From an uncultured Chloroflexia bacterium (lineage in GTDB: Bacteria; Chloroflexota; Limnocylindria; QHBO01): a DNA stretch of 64,000 nt. This document shows positions 9,583 through 18,900 of the stretch, piece after piece (the first letter of the stretch is position 1; the number at the start of each line of letters is the position of its first letter). Location: the NCBI GenBank assembly GCA_963840145.1, contig CAWIXR010000001.1, positions 42,327 to 106,326 of the forward strand, written 5' to 3'. A program made the translations under genes and the position numbers. Below the pieces are notes generated by a model, which made no database searches, had not been told where the DNA came from, and saw only the letters and a program-made list of their open reading frames with translations.

Positions 9583-10272
9583 TCAGCCTCGTGGCCCGAA
9601 GAGCGCGGTGCCGATCCGGACGAGCGTGGCGCCCTCGGCGGCGGCCGCCTCGGCATCGGCGCTCATGCCCATCGACAGCTCCGGCAGGCCGATGCCGGAC
9701 GCCTGCTCAACGCGGTCGCGCAGCTCGCGGAGCGCCCGGAAGGACGCGCGCGCCTCCTCGTCGGTGACGTCCATCCGCCCGATCGTCATCAGGCCGACGA
9801 CGGGTTCACTCGACAGCGTCGGCGCCAGCCCGATGAGCTCGTTGGGCGTCATCCCCGCCTTCGCCGCCTCGCCGGTGACGTTGACCTGGAGCAGGAGCCG
9901 CGGTCGGTGCTCGTCATCGGCCACAAGGTGCTCGAGCAGCTTCGGGGAGTCGACCGAGTGGATGACCGCGAACGCGCGGGCCGCACGCCGCGCCTTGTTC
10001 GACTGCAGCCGGCCGACGAGGTGCCACTCGGCGTCGGGGAGCGCCGCGACCTTTGGCTCGGCCTCCTGGACTCGGCTCTCGCCGAGCATCGTCAGGCCCG
10101 CTGTAAACGCGGCCTGGGCGACCTCGACGGGCCAGCCCTTCGTGACCGCCACGATCCGCAGCCGGTCCGGGTCGTGGCCGTTCGCCTCGGCAACCGAGCG
10201 CAGGCGACGCAGTAGCCGCCCGTGGCGCTCGCGGATCTCGTCGACCTCGATGGGCGCGGTCGGATCCGTCAT
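9583..10272 (-). CDS. yggS: YggS family pyridoxal-phosphate homeostasis protein (YlmE)
   Basis: MTDPTAPIEVDEIRERHGRLLRRL…RIVAVTKGWPVEV…HLVGRLQSNKAR… The track ORF extends to 10395, but the conserved protein starts at MTDP. Confidence 0.85.
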   Translation of the reverse strand: MTDPTAPIEVDEIRERHGRLLRRLRSVAEANGHDPDRLRIVAVTKGWPVEVAQAAFTAGLTMLGESRVQEAEPKVAALPDAEWHLVGRLQSNKARRAARAFAVIHSVDSPKLLEHLVADDEHRPRLLLQVNVTGEAAKAGMTPNELIGLAPTLSSEPVVGLMTIGRMDVTDEEARASFRALRELRDRVEQASGIGLPELSMGMSADAEAAAAEGATLVRIGTALFGPRG

Positions 10273-10382
10273 CCGTGCGATCGTCCCACAGTTCAGCGTC
10301 GAGAGGCATCCACGCTGTCTTGCCGACAGGCGACTTCCCGTCGCCCGGGAGTTGCGACCAACGACTGCCCGTTGATGGCAGC

Positions 10383-10463
10383 TCTCCCGCAGCACGGGAC
10401 GTCACGCGCCTGATGTGGCTGCGTCGACCGTCAGGTTGCACGCATCTCCCGCAGCACGGGACG
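10383..10463. repeat. 19-bp perfect direct repeat tctcccgcagcacgggacg, two copies (10383-10401 and 10445-10463), in the ftsZ-yggS intergenic region
   Basis: Read directly. On the minus-strand RNA each copy forms the same hairpin, UCCCG-UGCUG-CGGGA. Confidence 0.6.
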
Positions 10464-10525
10464 CCGGGACCTCAGATTGCAGGCGGCAAGCCTCCGGCGG
10501 AACCTGGGCCCGGCATCGGCCTCGG

Positions 10526-11776
10526 TCAGTCGCTCTTGCGACGCAGGAAGCTCGGGATGTCGAGGTCCGACTCGTTGTAGGCCGGGCGCTGGTCGAGGCT
10601 GCCGGAGCTGACCGGCAGCGGCTTGCGCTCGGTGGGCTTGACCTCGGTCGCCTCGCGCTCCGTCGGCCGTGCGAACGGCGACTCGGTGCCGAGCTGCTCG
10701 GTCAGCGACTCCCGCTGCTCACGATCGCGCTCGATCTCGGCGAGGATCTCCCGGCTGCGCTCGTCAAGCGAGGTCTCGATCCCGATGCTCGCCTCGGTGC
10801 CGTACTTCGACGGCTTCGCCTTCTTGCTCGAGTCGAAGCCCGTGGCGATGACCGTGACCTTCACCTCGTCGCGCATCCTGTCGTCGATCACCGTGCCGAA
10901 GATGATGTTCGCCTCCGGATCGGCGGCTTCCTTGATCACCTCGGCCGCCTCGTTGACCTCGAACAGGCCGAGGTCCGAGCCACCGGTGACGTTGAAGAGG
11001 ATGCCGCGCGCGCCGGTGATGTTGACCTCCAGCAGCGGGCTCATGACGGCGGCGCGTGCCGCCTCGATGGCCCGGTTCTCACCGGTGCCGATGCCGATGC
11101 CCATCATCGAGCTGCCCGCCTCGCGCATGATCGTCTTCACGTCGGCGAAGTCGAGGTTGATGAGGCCGGGAACCGTGATCAGGTCGCTGATGCCCTGGAC
11201 GCCCTGGCGCAGGACGTCATCCACGACGCGGAACGCGTCGACGATCGAGGTCTTCTTGTCGACGACCTCGCGCAGGCGATCGTTCGGGATCGTGATCAGC
11301 GTGTCGACCTTCTCCTTGAGCAGCTCGGTGTACTGCTCGGCGACGAGCTTACGGCGCATGCCCTCGAAGCTGAACGGCTTCGTCACCACCGCGACGGTCA
11401 GCGAGCCGAGGTCCTTGGCGATCTCGGCGATGACCGGTGCGGCGCCGGATCCGGTGCCACCGCCCATGCCGGCGGTGATGAAGATCATGTCGGCGTCCTT
11501 GAGCGCCTCGTAGATCTTCTCGGAGTCCTCCTCGGCGGCGCGCTGCCCGACACCCGGATCGGCTCCGGCGCCCAGGCCGCGCGTCATCTTGTCGCCGATG
11601 CGGATCTTGTGCGGCGCGTCGCTCTGGAGCAGCGCCTGGGCATCGGTGTTCACGCTGATGAACTCGACGCCCATCATCTCGGCCCGGATCATTCGGTTGA
11701 CGGCGTTGCTCCCGCCGCCACCGACCCCGATGACCTTGATGAGTGCGAAGTTCTCGGAATCCGATCGGAGCGGCAT
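10526..11776 (-). CDS. ftsZ: cell division protein FtsZ
   Basis: GGGTGSG tubulin signature (…[23 protein letters not shown]…) and acidic C-terminal tail. SD GAGAGGA lies upstream of the ATG. Confidence 0.97.
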   Translation of the reverse strand: MPLRSDSENFALIKVIGVGGGGSNAVNRMIRAEMMGVEFISVNTDAQALLQSDAPHKIRIGDKMTRGLGAGADPGVGQRAAEEDSEKIYEALKDADMIFITAGMGGGTGSGAAPVIAEIAKDLGSLTVAVVTKPFSFEGMRRKLVAEQYTELLKEKVDTLITIPNDRLREVVDKKTSIVDAFRVVDDVLRQGVQGISDLITVPGLINLDFADVKTIMREAGSSMMGIGIGTGENRAIEAARAAVMSPLLEVNITGARGILFNVTGGSDLGLFEVNEAAEVIKEAADPEANIIFGTVIDDRMRDEVKVTVIATGFDSSKKAKPSKYGTEASIGIETSLDERSREILAEIERDREQRESLTEQLGTESPFARPTEREATEVKPTERKPLPVSSGSLDQRPAYNESDLDIPSFLRRKSD

Positions 11777-11866
11777 ATCGGGTGATCCTCTCGATGAGTG
11801 CTGGCAAACCCGAGGGCTCGACGGGTTTGACCGATTCTAACGATCGCCGTATGACGGCGTGGGACG

Positions 11867-11920
11867 TTTTCCACATCCGGGCACGGAGTTATCCACACTG
11901 CGGCATCTGAGCGTGGATAG
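11867..11920. promoter_or_regulatory. DnaA-box cluster in the ftsA-ftsZ spacer: TTTTCCACA (11867-11875), perfect TTATCCACA (11889-11897), and inverted weaker CTATCCACG (complement 11912-11920)
   Basis: Matches the E. coli TTWTNCACA consensus. Lies upstream of ftsZ. Confidence 0.45.
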
Positions 11921-11970
11921 ATCGGAACGGATGTCCACCGTGGCGAACGCACTCGCGATGGCACGCACTC

Positions 11971-13206
11971 CTAGCCGGGGAAGAGGTTTCGCACCCACTC
12001 GCCGACGCGCGAGAGCGGGTTCGTACCGTTGCCGGTGCCGTAGCCGATCGGCTCCTCGCCGAGGTGGTGGGCGCCCCACAGGAGGAGGCCGATCGGTGTC
12101 GCGAATGCCGGGTTGCCGATCTGGTCCATCAGCCCGCCGACGCCCTGCGGCGACCCGGCGCGCACCGGCATCTCGAGTGTGTCGCGGGCGAGGACGTCGA
12201 CGCCGCCGAGTCGCGCCCCGCCGCCGGTCAGAACGGCTCCGGCCGGCAGCATGCCCGCGTGCCCGGAGCGCTTCACCTCCTCGCGGATGAGGCTGAAGAT
12301 CTCCCCCATCCGCGCCTCGATGATCTCGGACAGCTTGCGGCGCTGGATCGTCTGCCCGGCCGCCTCGCCGAGCACCGCGACGTTGAGCAGCTCCTGGGGC
12401 TCGACCTCGGCGAGGTTGGCGGTGCCGTGCTTGATCTTGATCTCCTCGGCCAGGTTGAGCGACGTCCGCAGGCCGATCGCCACGTCGTTCGTGACGTTGA
12501 TCCCACCGACCGGCAGCACGGCGGTGTGGTAGACCGCGCCGTCGACGAAGATCGCGATGTCGGTCGTGCCGCCGCCGATATCGGCCACCAGCACGCCGAG
12601 CTCCTTCTCCGTATCGGTCAGGGTGGCCTCGGCCGCGGCCAGCGAGCTGATCACCATCTCGTCGATCTGGACGCCGGCGCCGGTGACGCACTTCGACAGG
12701 TTCTGGACCGATGTCGCCGCCCCGGCGACGATATGGGTCTCGACCTCGAGGCGCACGGCCGACATCCCGAGCGGGTCCTTGATCCCCTCCTGGCCGTCGA
12801 CGATGTAGCCGCGCGGCACGACGTGCAGGATCTCGCGGTTGGACGGCACCTGGACGGCCTTGGCCGCATCGGTCGCGCGGCCGACGTCCTCGCGGCTGAC
12901 CTCGCGCTTGTGCCCCGAGACCGCCACGACGCCGCGGGAGTTCTGCGAGCTGATGTGCGAGCCGCCGACGGCGACGAAGGCCGATGAGATCTTGTACCCG
13001 GAGAGGCGCTCGGCCTTCTCGACGCTCGAGGCGATCGAGTTCACGGTCTGGTCGATGTTGGCGACCATCCCCTTCTTCATCCCGACGGACGGCGCGATGC
13101 CATAGCCGATGACGTTGACGTCACCGGCCCGGCCGACCTCTCCGATGAGGGTCGTCACCTTCGTGGTGCCCGCGTCGATACCGACCAGGACAGCCTCGCG
13201 TTCCAA
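11971..13206 (-). CDS. ftsA: cell division protein FtsA
   Basis: Actin-fold motifs (…VGIDAGTTKV…, …DIGGGTTDIAIF…). Start proposed at the TTG preceded by GGGAGGT. The track's longer ORF begins at 13245. Confidence 0.9.
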   Translation of the reverse strand: MEREAVLVGIDAGTTKVTTLIGEVGRAGDVNVIGYGIAPSVGMKKGMVANIDQTVNSIASSVEKAERLSGYKISSAFVAVGGSHISSQNSRGVVAVSGHKREVSREDVGRATDAAKAVQVPSNREILHVVPRGYIVDGQEGIKDPLGMSAVRLEVETHIVAGAATSVQNLSKCVTGAGVQIDEMVISSLAAAEATLTDTEKELGVLVADIGGGTTDIAIFVDGAVYHTAVLPVGGINVTNDVAIGLRTSLNLAEEIKIKHGTANLAEVEPQELLNVAVLGEAAGQTIQRRKLSEIIEARMGEIFSLIREEVKRSGHAGMLPAGAVLTGGGARLGGVDVLARDTLEMPVRAGSPQGVGGLMDQIGNPAFATPIGLLLWGAHHLGEEPIGYGTGNGTNPLSRVGEWVRNLFPG

Positions 13207-13260
13207 GCTACCTCCCGCTCCGGGCGTGCTCGGCGAGCGCGCCATCGCTATGGGCCGAGC

Positions 13261-13584
13261 CTACAGGAAGTGACGCCGGATGAGGGCCACGTTCTGGAAG
13301 ATGCGCAGGCCGAACGCGAAGAGGGCGACGAGGTAGAGGTCGATGCCCAGCCGGTCGCCGACGAACGTCAGCGCCACCGCCACCAGGGTGTTGGTGATGA
13401 ACCCCGAGACGAAGATCCGGTTGTCGTAGTGGTCGTCCAGCTCGGAGCGGATGGCGCCGAGCACCGAGTCCAGGCCAGCGAGGATGGCCACCGCGGAGTA
13501 CCTCGCGAGGTCGGGGCTCACGTCCACGTTGAGCACCAGACCGAGCGCGATCCCGAGCGCAAGGCCAATCAGCGGAAGCCACAT
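13261..13584 (-). CDS. sbp: DUF1290 small basic membrane protein (Sbp/YlxX-like) between ftsQ and ftsA
   Basis: 107 aa starting MWLP…; hydrophobic. Conserved position between ftsQ and ftsA, as in Firmicutes. Confidence 0.75.
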   Translation of the reverse strand: MWLPLIGLALGIALGLVLNVDVSPDLARYSAVAILAGLDSVLGAIRSELDDHYDNRIFVSGFITNTLVAVALTFVGDRLGIDLYLVALFAFGLRIFQNVALIRRHFL

Positions 13585-13643
13585 CTGGGACGGTCCCGAT
13601 ACGAGGGTCTCGGCGCGTGATCGACGGCAGCCCGGCCATCACG

Positions 13644-14561
13644 TCATCCCTTGGCACGGAAATATACCTTTCCGGGGTTGCGCACATCGACCCAACCGAC
13701 CTCGTTCTCGGCGTGTGTGGCGAAGAGCGTGCGGACCGCGGTGATCTGCCGCTCGAGGCGCTCGTCGGCCTCGCCGGACGTCTCGCGCGGGTCGATGCCG
13801 TAGACGCCGAGCGCAACCTCCCAGGTCTGCTCGGTCGCGAACAGCCGGAAGCCGAACTCGTCGTCGAGCTGGACGGCCAGGCGCGTCTCGTCCGAACCGA
13901 GCAGGGCCGGGTCGAGGGCGGCGACGTCGAGGGCGGTCCGCAGCAGCGGCTCGGGGATCACGTCGCCCACCGACAGGAGGCTTGCGCTTGACCGATGGTC
14001 CCCGATCCTCGGCAGCTCCGTGAGGGCAGCGTCGGTTTCGCTGGCCCGTGGCTCGCGGGCGAAGATCGTGCCGTCGGCCGCGCCGAGGTACCGCCAGTCC
14101 GGGGTCACCCACAGGAACGCGGCGCTGTGCTCCACGACGGTCACCGACAGCCCACCGCCGATGCCCGCCGAGACCGATGCGCTCTCGACCGCCGGCAGAC
14201 GCTCGATCTCCGCTGCCAGCGCATCGGTGTCGACGGCCAGGAGGTTCATGCCGCGGTGCTCCGCGAGAGCCTGCCGCAGGTCGCGGTCGGGGGTGTAGCG
14301 CTCGCCCGCCCACGCCACGTCGGTGACGAGCAGCCACGGTCCGTACAGCAGCGCCACCAGCACCGCGGCGGCCGCGACCGCGCCGACCGCGCCGATCAGG
14401 CGGCGGATCGACGGCATGCGGGCGCCGACTCGACGCCGGAACGAGATGCCAGGCTGGCGCGCCATGCGGCCCGAGCCCCTCGACACGGCACGCGGCCGCG
14501 AGCGGCCGGTTGCCCGCGCGGCCCGCTGCTTCGTGACGCGTGGCTGCGGCTTCAGCTTCAT
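13644..14561 (-). CDS. ftsQ: cell division protein FtsQ/DivIB (POTRA domain)
   Basis: Basic N-terminus, one TM segment (AVGAVAAAAVLVALLYGPWLLV), then periplasmic POTRA-like region. In dcw-cluster position. Confidence 0.8.
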   Translation of the reverse strand: MKLKPQPRVTKQRAARATGRSRPRAVSRGSGRMARQPGISFRRRVGARMPSIRRLIGAVGAVAAAAVLVALLYGPWLLVTDVAWAGERYTPDRDLRQALAEHRGMNLLAVDTDALAAEIERLPAVESASVSAGIGGGLSVTVVEHSAAFLWVTPDWRYLGAADGTIFAREPRASETDAALTELPRIGDHRSSASLLSVGDVIPEPLLRTALDVAALDPALLGSDETRLAVQLDDEFGFRLFATEQTWEVALGVYGIDPRETSGEADERLERQITAVRTLFATHAENEVGWVDVRNPGKVYFRAKG

Positions 14562-15664
14562 CGGTCCCGCTCCATCGCCAGCTCGATCAGCCGAGCGATC
14601 AGCTCACTGAAGGAGAGGCCGGCCAGCTCGGCCTGCTTCGGGTACATGCTCGTGGCCGTGAAGCCCGGCAGCGTGTTCATCTCGGAGAGGTACGTCTCCT
14701 CGACGGTGACGAGGAAGTCGATCCGCGCCAGCCCGGCCGCGTCCACCGCGCGGTAGGCGGCCAGGGACAGCTCCTTCAGCCGAGCGGCGAGGTCGGGATC
14801 GACCCGTGCCCGCGGCTCGACGGTGGCGAGGCCGGCCACGTACTTGGCCTCGTAGTCGTAGAACTCGTGGCTCGAGCGCACCTCGCCGGGCTCGAAGACG
14901 ATCGGGTCGTCGTTGCCGAGCACCCCGCACTCCAGCTCGCGCGCGCCCTCGACGTAGGCCTCGACGATCACCTTGCTGTCGTAGGCGAACGCCTCGTCGA
15001 GCGCCGCCGGCAGCTCGCCGGGCTCGTGGACGAGGCTCATCCCGACGCTGCTGCCCAGGCGCGCCGGCTTCACGACCACCCGCGCCCCGAGCGTCTCGGC
15101 CACGGCGCGTGCGACGTGGTCCGGCTCGCGCTCCCAGGCGCGGCGCCGGAACCAGCACGACTCGACCACCGGCAGTCCGTGGCCGCGCATCAGGTCCTTG
15201 AAGACGACCTTGTCCATGGCCACGGCGCTGGCGAGCACGCCCGCGCCGGTGTACGGGATGCCGGCCAGCTCCAGGAAGCCCTGGAGCGTGCCATCCTCGC
15301 CGAACGGGCCGTGGACGACGAGGAATGCGACGTCGATCGCCTCGGCCAGGGAGCGGACCGCGGCACGGGCGGCGAGGCGCTCGTCGCCGGTCGTGGCCAG
15401 CGCGTGGCTGGCGTGGGTCCGCAGGCGGGCGACCTCCTCGGCCGGGCTCGCCGCGCCGACGAGGCCCGCCAGTGAGGCGCCGTCGCCGAGCTCGGGAGCG
15501 GGGCCGTCGGGGAGCATCCAGTGCCCGTCGCGATCGATGTAGACGAGGTACGGGTCGTACCGATCCCGGTCGATCGCGCGCAGCACCGCCTCGGCCGAGG
15601 CGACGCTCACCTCGTGCTCGGCCGATCGGCCGCCGGCGAAGACGCCGACCCGCAGGCGGCTCAT
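14558..15664 (-). CDS. ddl: D-alanine--D-alanine ligase
   Basis: [24 protein letters not shown]… and ATP-grasp motifs. The track ORF is longer (to 16180) but the upstream part is murB read in another frame. Confidence 0.92.
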   Translation of the reverse strand: MSRLRVGVFAGGRSAEHEVSVASAEAVLRAIDRDRYDPYLVYIDRDGHWMLPDGPAPELGDGASLAGLVGAASPAEEVARLRTHASHALATTGDERLAARAAVRSLAEAIDVAFLVVHGPFGEDGTLQGFLELAGIPYTGAGVLASAVAMDKVVFKDLMRGHGLPVVESCWFRRRAWEREPDHVARAVAETLGARVVVKPARLGSSVGMSLVHEPGELPAALDEAFAYDSKVIVEAYVEGARELECGVLGNDDPIVFEPGEVRSSHEFYDYEAKYVAGLATVEPRARVDPDLAARLKELSLAAYRAVDAAGLARIDFLVTVEETYLSEMNTLPGFTATSMYPKQAELAGLSFSELIARLIELAMERDR

Positions 15665-16598
15665 CGCTCGGCCTCCGGCCAGTCGCCGACGAACTCGATC
15701 TCGTAGCGCAGCTCGACGCCGAAGCGGCCGGCCACGGTGGCGCGCACGTGGTCGCCGATGGCGCGGACGTCGGCCGCGCGCCCGCCGCGATCGGTGACGA
15801 TGAAGTTCGCGTGCAGCTCGCTGACCCGCGCCGTGCCGAGGCGATGGCCCTTCAGCCCGGCCGCCTCGATCAGTCGCCCGGCGTGGTCGCCCGGCGGATT
15901 GCGGAAGACGCTGCCGGCGTTCTGGTCCGCGAGCGGCTGGGTTGCGCGCCGATGCGCCTGGTGGCCGTCGACGAGGCCGCGGATCGCGTCGGCGTTGCCG
16001 GGCTCCAGGCCGATCTTCGCGCCGCAGATGACCTCGTCGCCGTGCTTGAAGCGCGACTCGCGGTAGGCGAAGGCGCACTCGTCGGCGGCGAGGCGGCGAC
16101 GCTCGCCGTCCGCATTCAGGATGTCGACCTCGCGCACGACATGCGCCATCTCGCCGCCATGGGCGCCCGCATTCGCCCACACCGCCCCGCCGACCGTGCC
16201 CGGGATGCTGATCGCCCAGTCGAAGCCGGCCAAACCGGCGGCCGCGCAGCGCTTGGCCAGCGCCGTCATCGATGCGCCGGCGTCGGCGGTGAGAGTCGTC
16301 CCGTCGATGCTCGCCGAGTCCGCGCGGACGCGCACGACGAGGCCGCGGATACCGGCATCGGCCACGACGATGTCGCTGCCCTTGCCCAGCAGGAATGCCG
16401 GCACGCCGGCCTCCCGTGCCACGCGCAGCACGGCGACGAGCTCGTCGAGCGTCTCCGGCGCGGCCATTCGGTCCGCGGTGCCGCCGACGCGCAGCGTGGT
16501 GAGCGGTGCCAGGTCCGCGTCACGCTGAAGCTTGACGCCGCCCTCGACGGCGAGCGCATCGAGCCGGTCGAGGGCATCCGCCACGGCGGCGCTCATGC
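15661..16598 (-). CDS. murB: UDP-N-acetylenolpyruvoylglucosamine reductase
   Basis: FAD-binding MurB motifs (…[13 protein letters not shown]…, …[10 protein letters not shown]…). Overlaps both the ddl start and the murG stop. Confidence 0.9.
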
Positions 16599-17723
16599 GG
16601 CCGTCTCCGAGGGGAGCGGACGCCGCTCGGCGAGCGCCATCAGCTCGTCGGCCAGCGAGCGCGCCGCGTCCGGACGGCCGAGACGACGCGCGGCTTCGGC
16701 CATCGCGGCACGCCGGGCGTCGTCGCGCAGCGCGGACACCTCGGCGACAAGCCGTTCGGCGTCGAGAGCCTCGTCGGCGACCACCCGCGCCGCGCCCTCG
16801 TCGCCGAGGTAAGACGCGTTGTAGCGCTGGTGGGCGCCGGCGTACGGGTACGGCACGAGGATCGAGGCCACGCCGACCGCCGCCAGCTCCGCACAGGTCG
16901 ACGAGCCCGCACGGCCGACGACGAGGTCGGAGGCGACGAGCGCATCGGCCATGCGGTCGGTCATGAACGGCTCGGCGGTGTAACGCGAGCGCAGCTCGGC
17001 GGGCAGGCGCTGGCGGGCGGCGCCCGCATCGGCCATGCCGGCATCGCCCGCGAGGTGCAGGAGGTGCCAGTCGGTGAGCAGGCGCGGCAGCGCATCGGTC
17101 ACGGCGGCATTGAATCGAGTCACAGCCTGGGAGCCCCCGAAGACGAGAAGGAGGCGGTCGTCCCGGCCGAGGCCGAAGGAGCGGCGTGCGGCGTCGCGGT
17201 CGATCTCGGCGAAGGAGCGGATCGGGGTGCCGGACACGAACCCGTTGCCGGGGAAGGCATCCAGGGTCGGCGGGAAGCTGACCGCCACGCGGGTCGCGAA
17301 GCGGCCGATCGCGCGCGTCGCGCGTCCCGGCAGGACGTTGCCCTCCCAGACGAGCGTCGGAATGCCGCGCGCACGGGCGGCGAGGACGAGCGGGAGGGCC
17401 AGGTAGCCGCCGGTCGTGAACAGCGCGGCGGGTCGAAGGCGGCCGAGGAGCCACCACGCCTGCGGGACGCTGGCGGCAAGGCGCACCGGATCGGCCACCG
17501 TGTGCGGCGAGAGGCCGGCCGAGCGCAGCGAGCGCACGACGAGCTCGTGGTAGCGAAGCTCGCCGCGCATCGGGTGATCGGCCACGATTCGTCGTTCGAA
17601 GCCACGGACGCCACCCACGTAGTCGAGCTCAACGTCGCTTCGTGCGTCGCGGAGCGCTCGCGCGACGGCCAGCGCGGGGTACACGTGCCCGCCTGTCCCG
17701 CCGCCCGACACCAAACACCGCAT
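16593..17723 (-). CDS. murG: UDP-GlcNAc:undecaprenyl-PP-MurNAc-pentapeptide GlcNAc transferase
   Basis: MRCLVSGGGTGGHVYPALAVA… N-terminal G-loop typical of MurG. Confidence 0.92.
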   Translation of the reverse strand: MRCLVSGGGTGGHVYPALAVARALRDARSDVELDYVGGVRGFERRIVADHPMRGELRYHELVVRSLRSAGLSPHTVADPVRLAASVPQAWWLLGRLRPAALFTTGGYLALPLVLAARARGIPTLVWEGNVLPGRATRAIGRFATRVAVSFPPTLDAFPGNGFVSGTPIRSFAEIDRDAARRSFGLGRDDRLLLVFGGSQAVTRFNAAVTDALPRLLTDWHLLHLAGDAGMADAGAARQRLPAELRSRYTAEPFMTDRMADALVASDLVVGRAGSSTCAELAAVGVASILVPYPYAGAHQRYNASYLGDEGAARVVADEALDAERLVAEVSALRDDARRAAMAEAARRLGRPDAARSLADELMALAERRPLPSETAA

Positions 17724-18900
17724 CGAACAAGGATCCTGTCTGTGAGGTCTCGCGGCTGATCGACAGCAGGATGCCGACGGCCGCGAGGTTGATGGTCAGC
17801 GCCGATCCGCCGGCGCTGATGAACGGGAGCGGGATGCCCGTCACCGGCAGGAGCGCGGTGACGACCATCATGTTGATGCAGGCCTGGACCACGAGCCAGG
17901 TCGTGATGCCGCAGGCCACCAGGCCGGAAAACGTGTCCGGGGCACGGATCGCGATCCGGTAGCCCTGGACCGCGATGACCACGAACAGGGCCACCACCGT
18001 CAACGTGCCGACGAGGCCCCACTCCTCGCCGATGATCGCGAAGATGAAGTCGGTGGACGGCGCCGGCAGGTAGAGGAACTTCTGACGGCTCTCGCCGAGA
18101 CCGAGGCCGGTGAGCCCGCCCAGGCCGAGCGCGAGCAGTGCCTGGATCGTGTTGTAGCCGCTGCCCAGCGGGTCGCGGAAGGGGTCGAGGAAGGTCTGCA
18201 CCCGCTCGAGCTGGTAGCTCGTCGCGCTGATCATCAGCCACGCCGATGCCGCCACTCCCGCTGTGATGGCGCCCAGGTACAGCAGGTTGGCGCCGGCCAT
18301 GAAAAAGATGCTGACCGCCACGATCACGTACACGCCGGCCGTCCCGAGGTCGGGCTCGGCGGCGATGAGGAAGAAGCCCGGCGCGACGAGCATCGTGAAC
18401 GGGACGAGGCCGTTCCAGAACGAGCGGACGGCGCTGCCGCGCCGGTCGAGCCAGTGCGCGAGGTAGAGGATGACCGCCAGCTTCGCGAACTCGGCCGGCT
18501 GCAGCGTCCCGACGCCGGGGATGACGATCCAGCGTCGCGAGCCGTTGATCTCGGCGCCGATGCCCGGAATCAGCACGACGATCAGCAGGACGAGGGTGAT
18601 CACGTAGATCGGGATCGCCAGGTAGCGCAGGTGTCGGAAGTCGATCCTCATCGCCACCACCAGCCCGGTGAGGCCGATGCCGGCCCACACCAGCTGCTCG
18701 AGTCCCTGGGCCGCCGGATCGGCGCTGCTGATGTAGGAGCGCACGCTCGACGCCGAGTAGACCATCACGATGCCGATGGCGGTCAGCGCCATCACCGCCA
18801 GCAGAAGCGCGTAGGCCGGCTCGTGCCGCTCGCGGCGGACGCCGGTCTTTGCCCGCGTACCCCGGCGCGCCGCGGCGACCGGTAGCGTCGCGGCGGTCAT
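17629..18900 (-). CDS. ftsW: FtsW (SEDS-family peptidoglycan glycosyltransferase / lipid II flippase)
   Basis: Multi-TM SEDS protein (…QPAEFAKLAVILYLAHWL…, …PFISAGGSAL…). C-terminal basic tail overlaps the murG start. Confidence 0.9.
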   Translation of the reverse strand: MTAATLPVAAARRGTRAKTGVRRERHEPAYALLLAVMALTAIGIVMVYSASSVRSYISSADPAAQGLEQLVWAGIGLTGLVVAMRIDFRHLRYLAIPIYVITLVLLIVVLIPGIGAEINGSRRWIVIPGVGTLQPAEFAKLAVILYLAHWLDRRGSAVRSFWNGLVPFTMLVAPGFFLIAAEPDLGTAGVYVIVAVSIFFMAGANLLYLGAITAGVAASAWLMISATSYQLERVQTFLDPFRDPLGSGYNTIQALLALGLGGLTGLGLGESRQKFLYLPAPSTDFIFAIIGEEWGLVGTLTVVALFVVIAVQGYRIAIRAPDTFSGLVACGITTWLVVQACINMMVVTALLPVTGIPLPFISAGGSALTINLAAVGILLSISRETSQTGSLFDAVFGVGRRDRRARVPRAGRRASAPRRTKRR

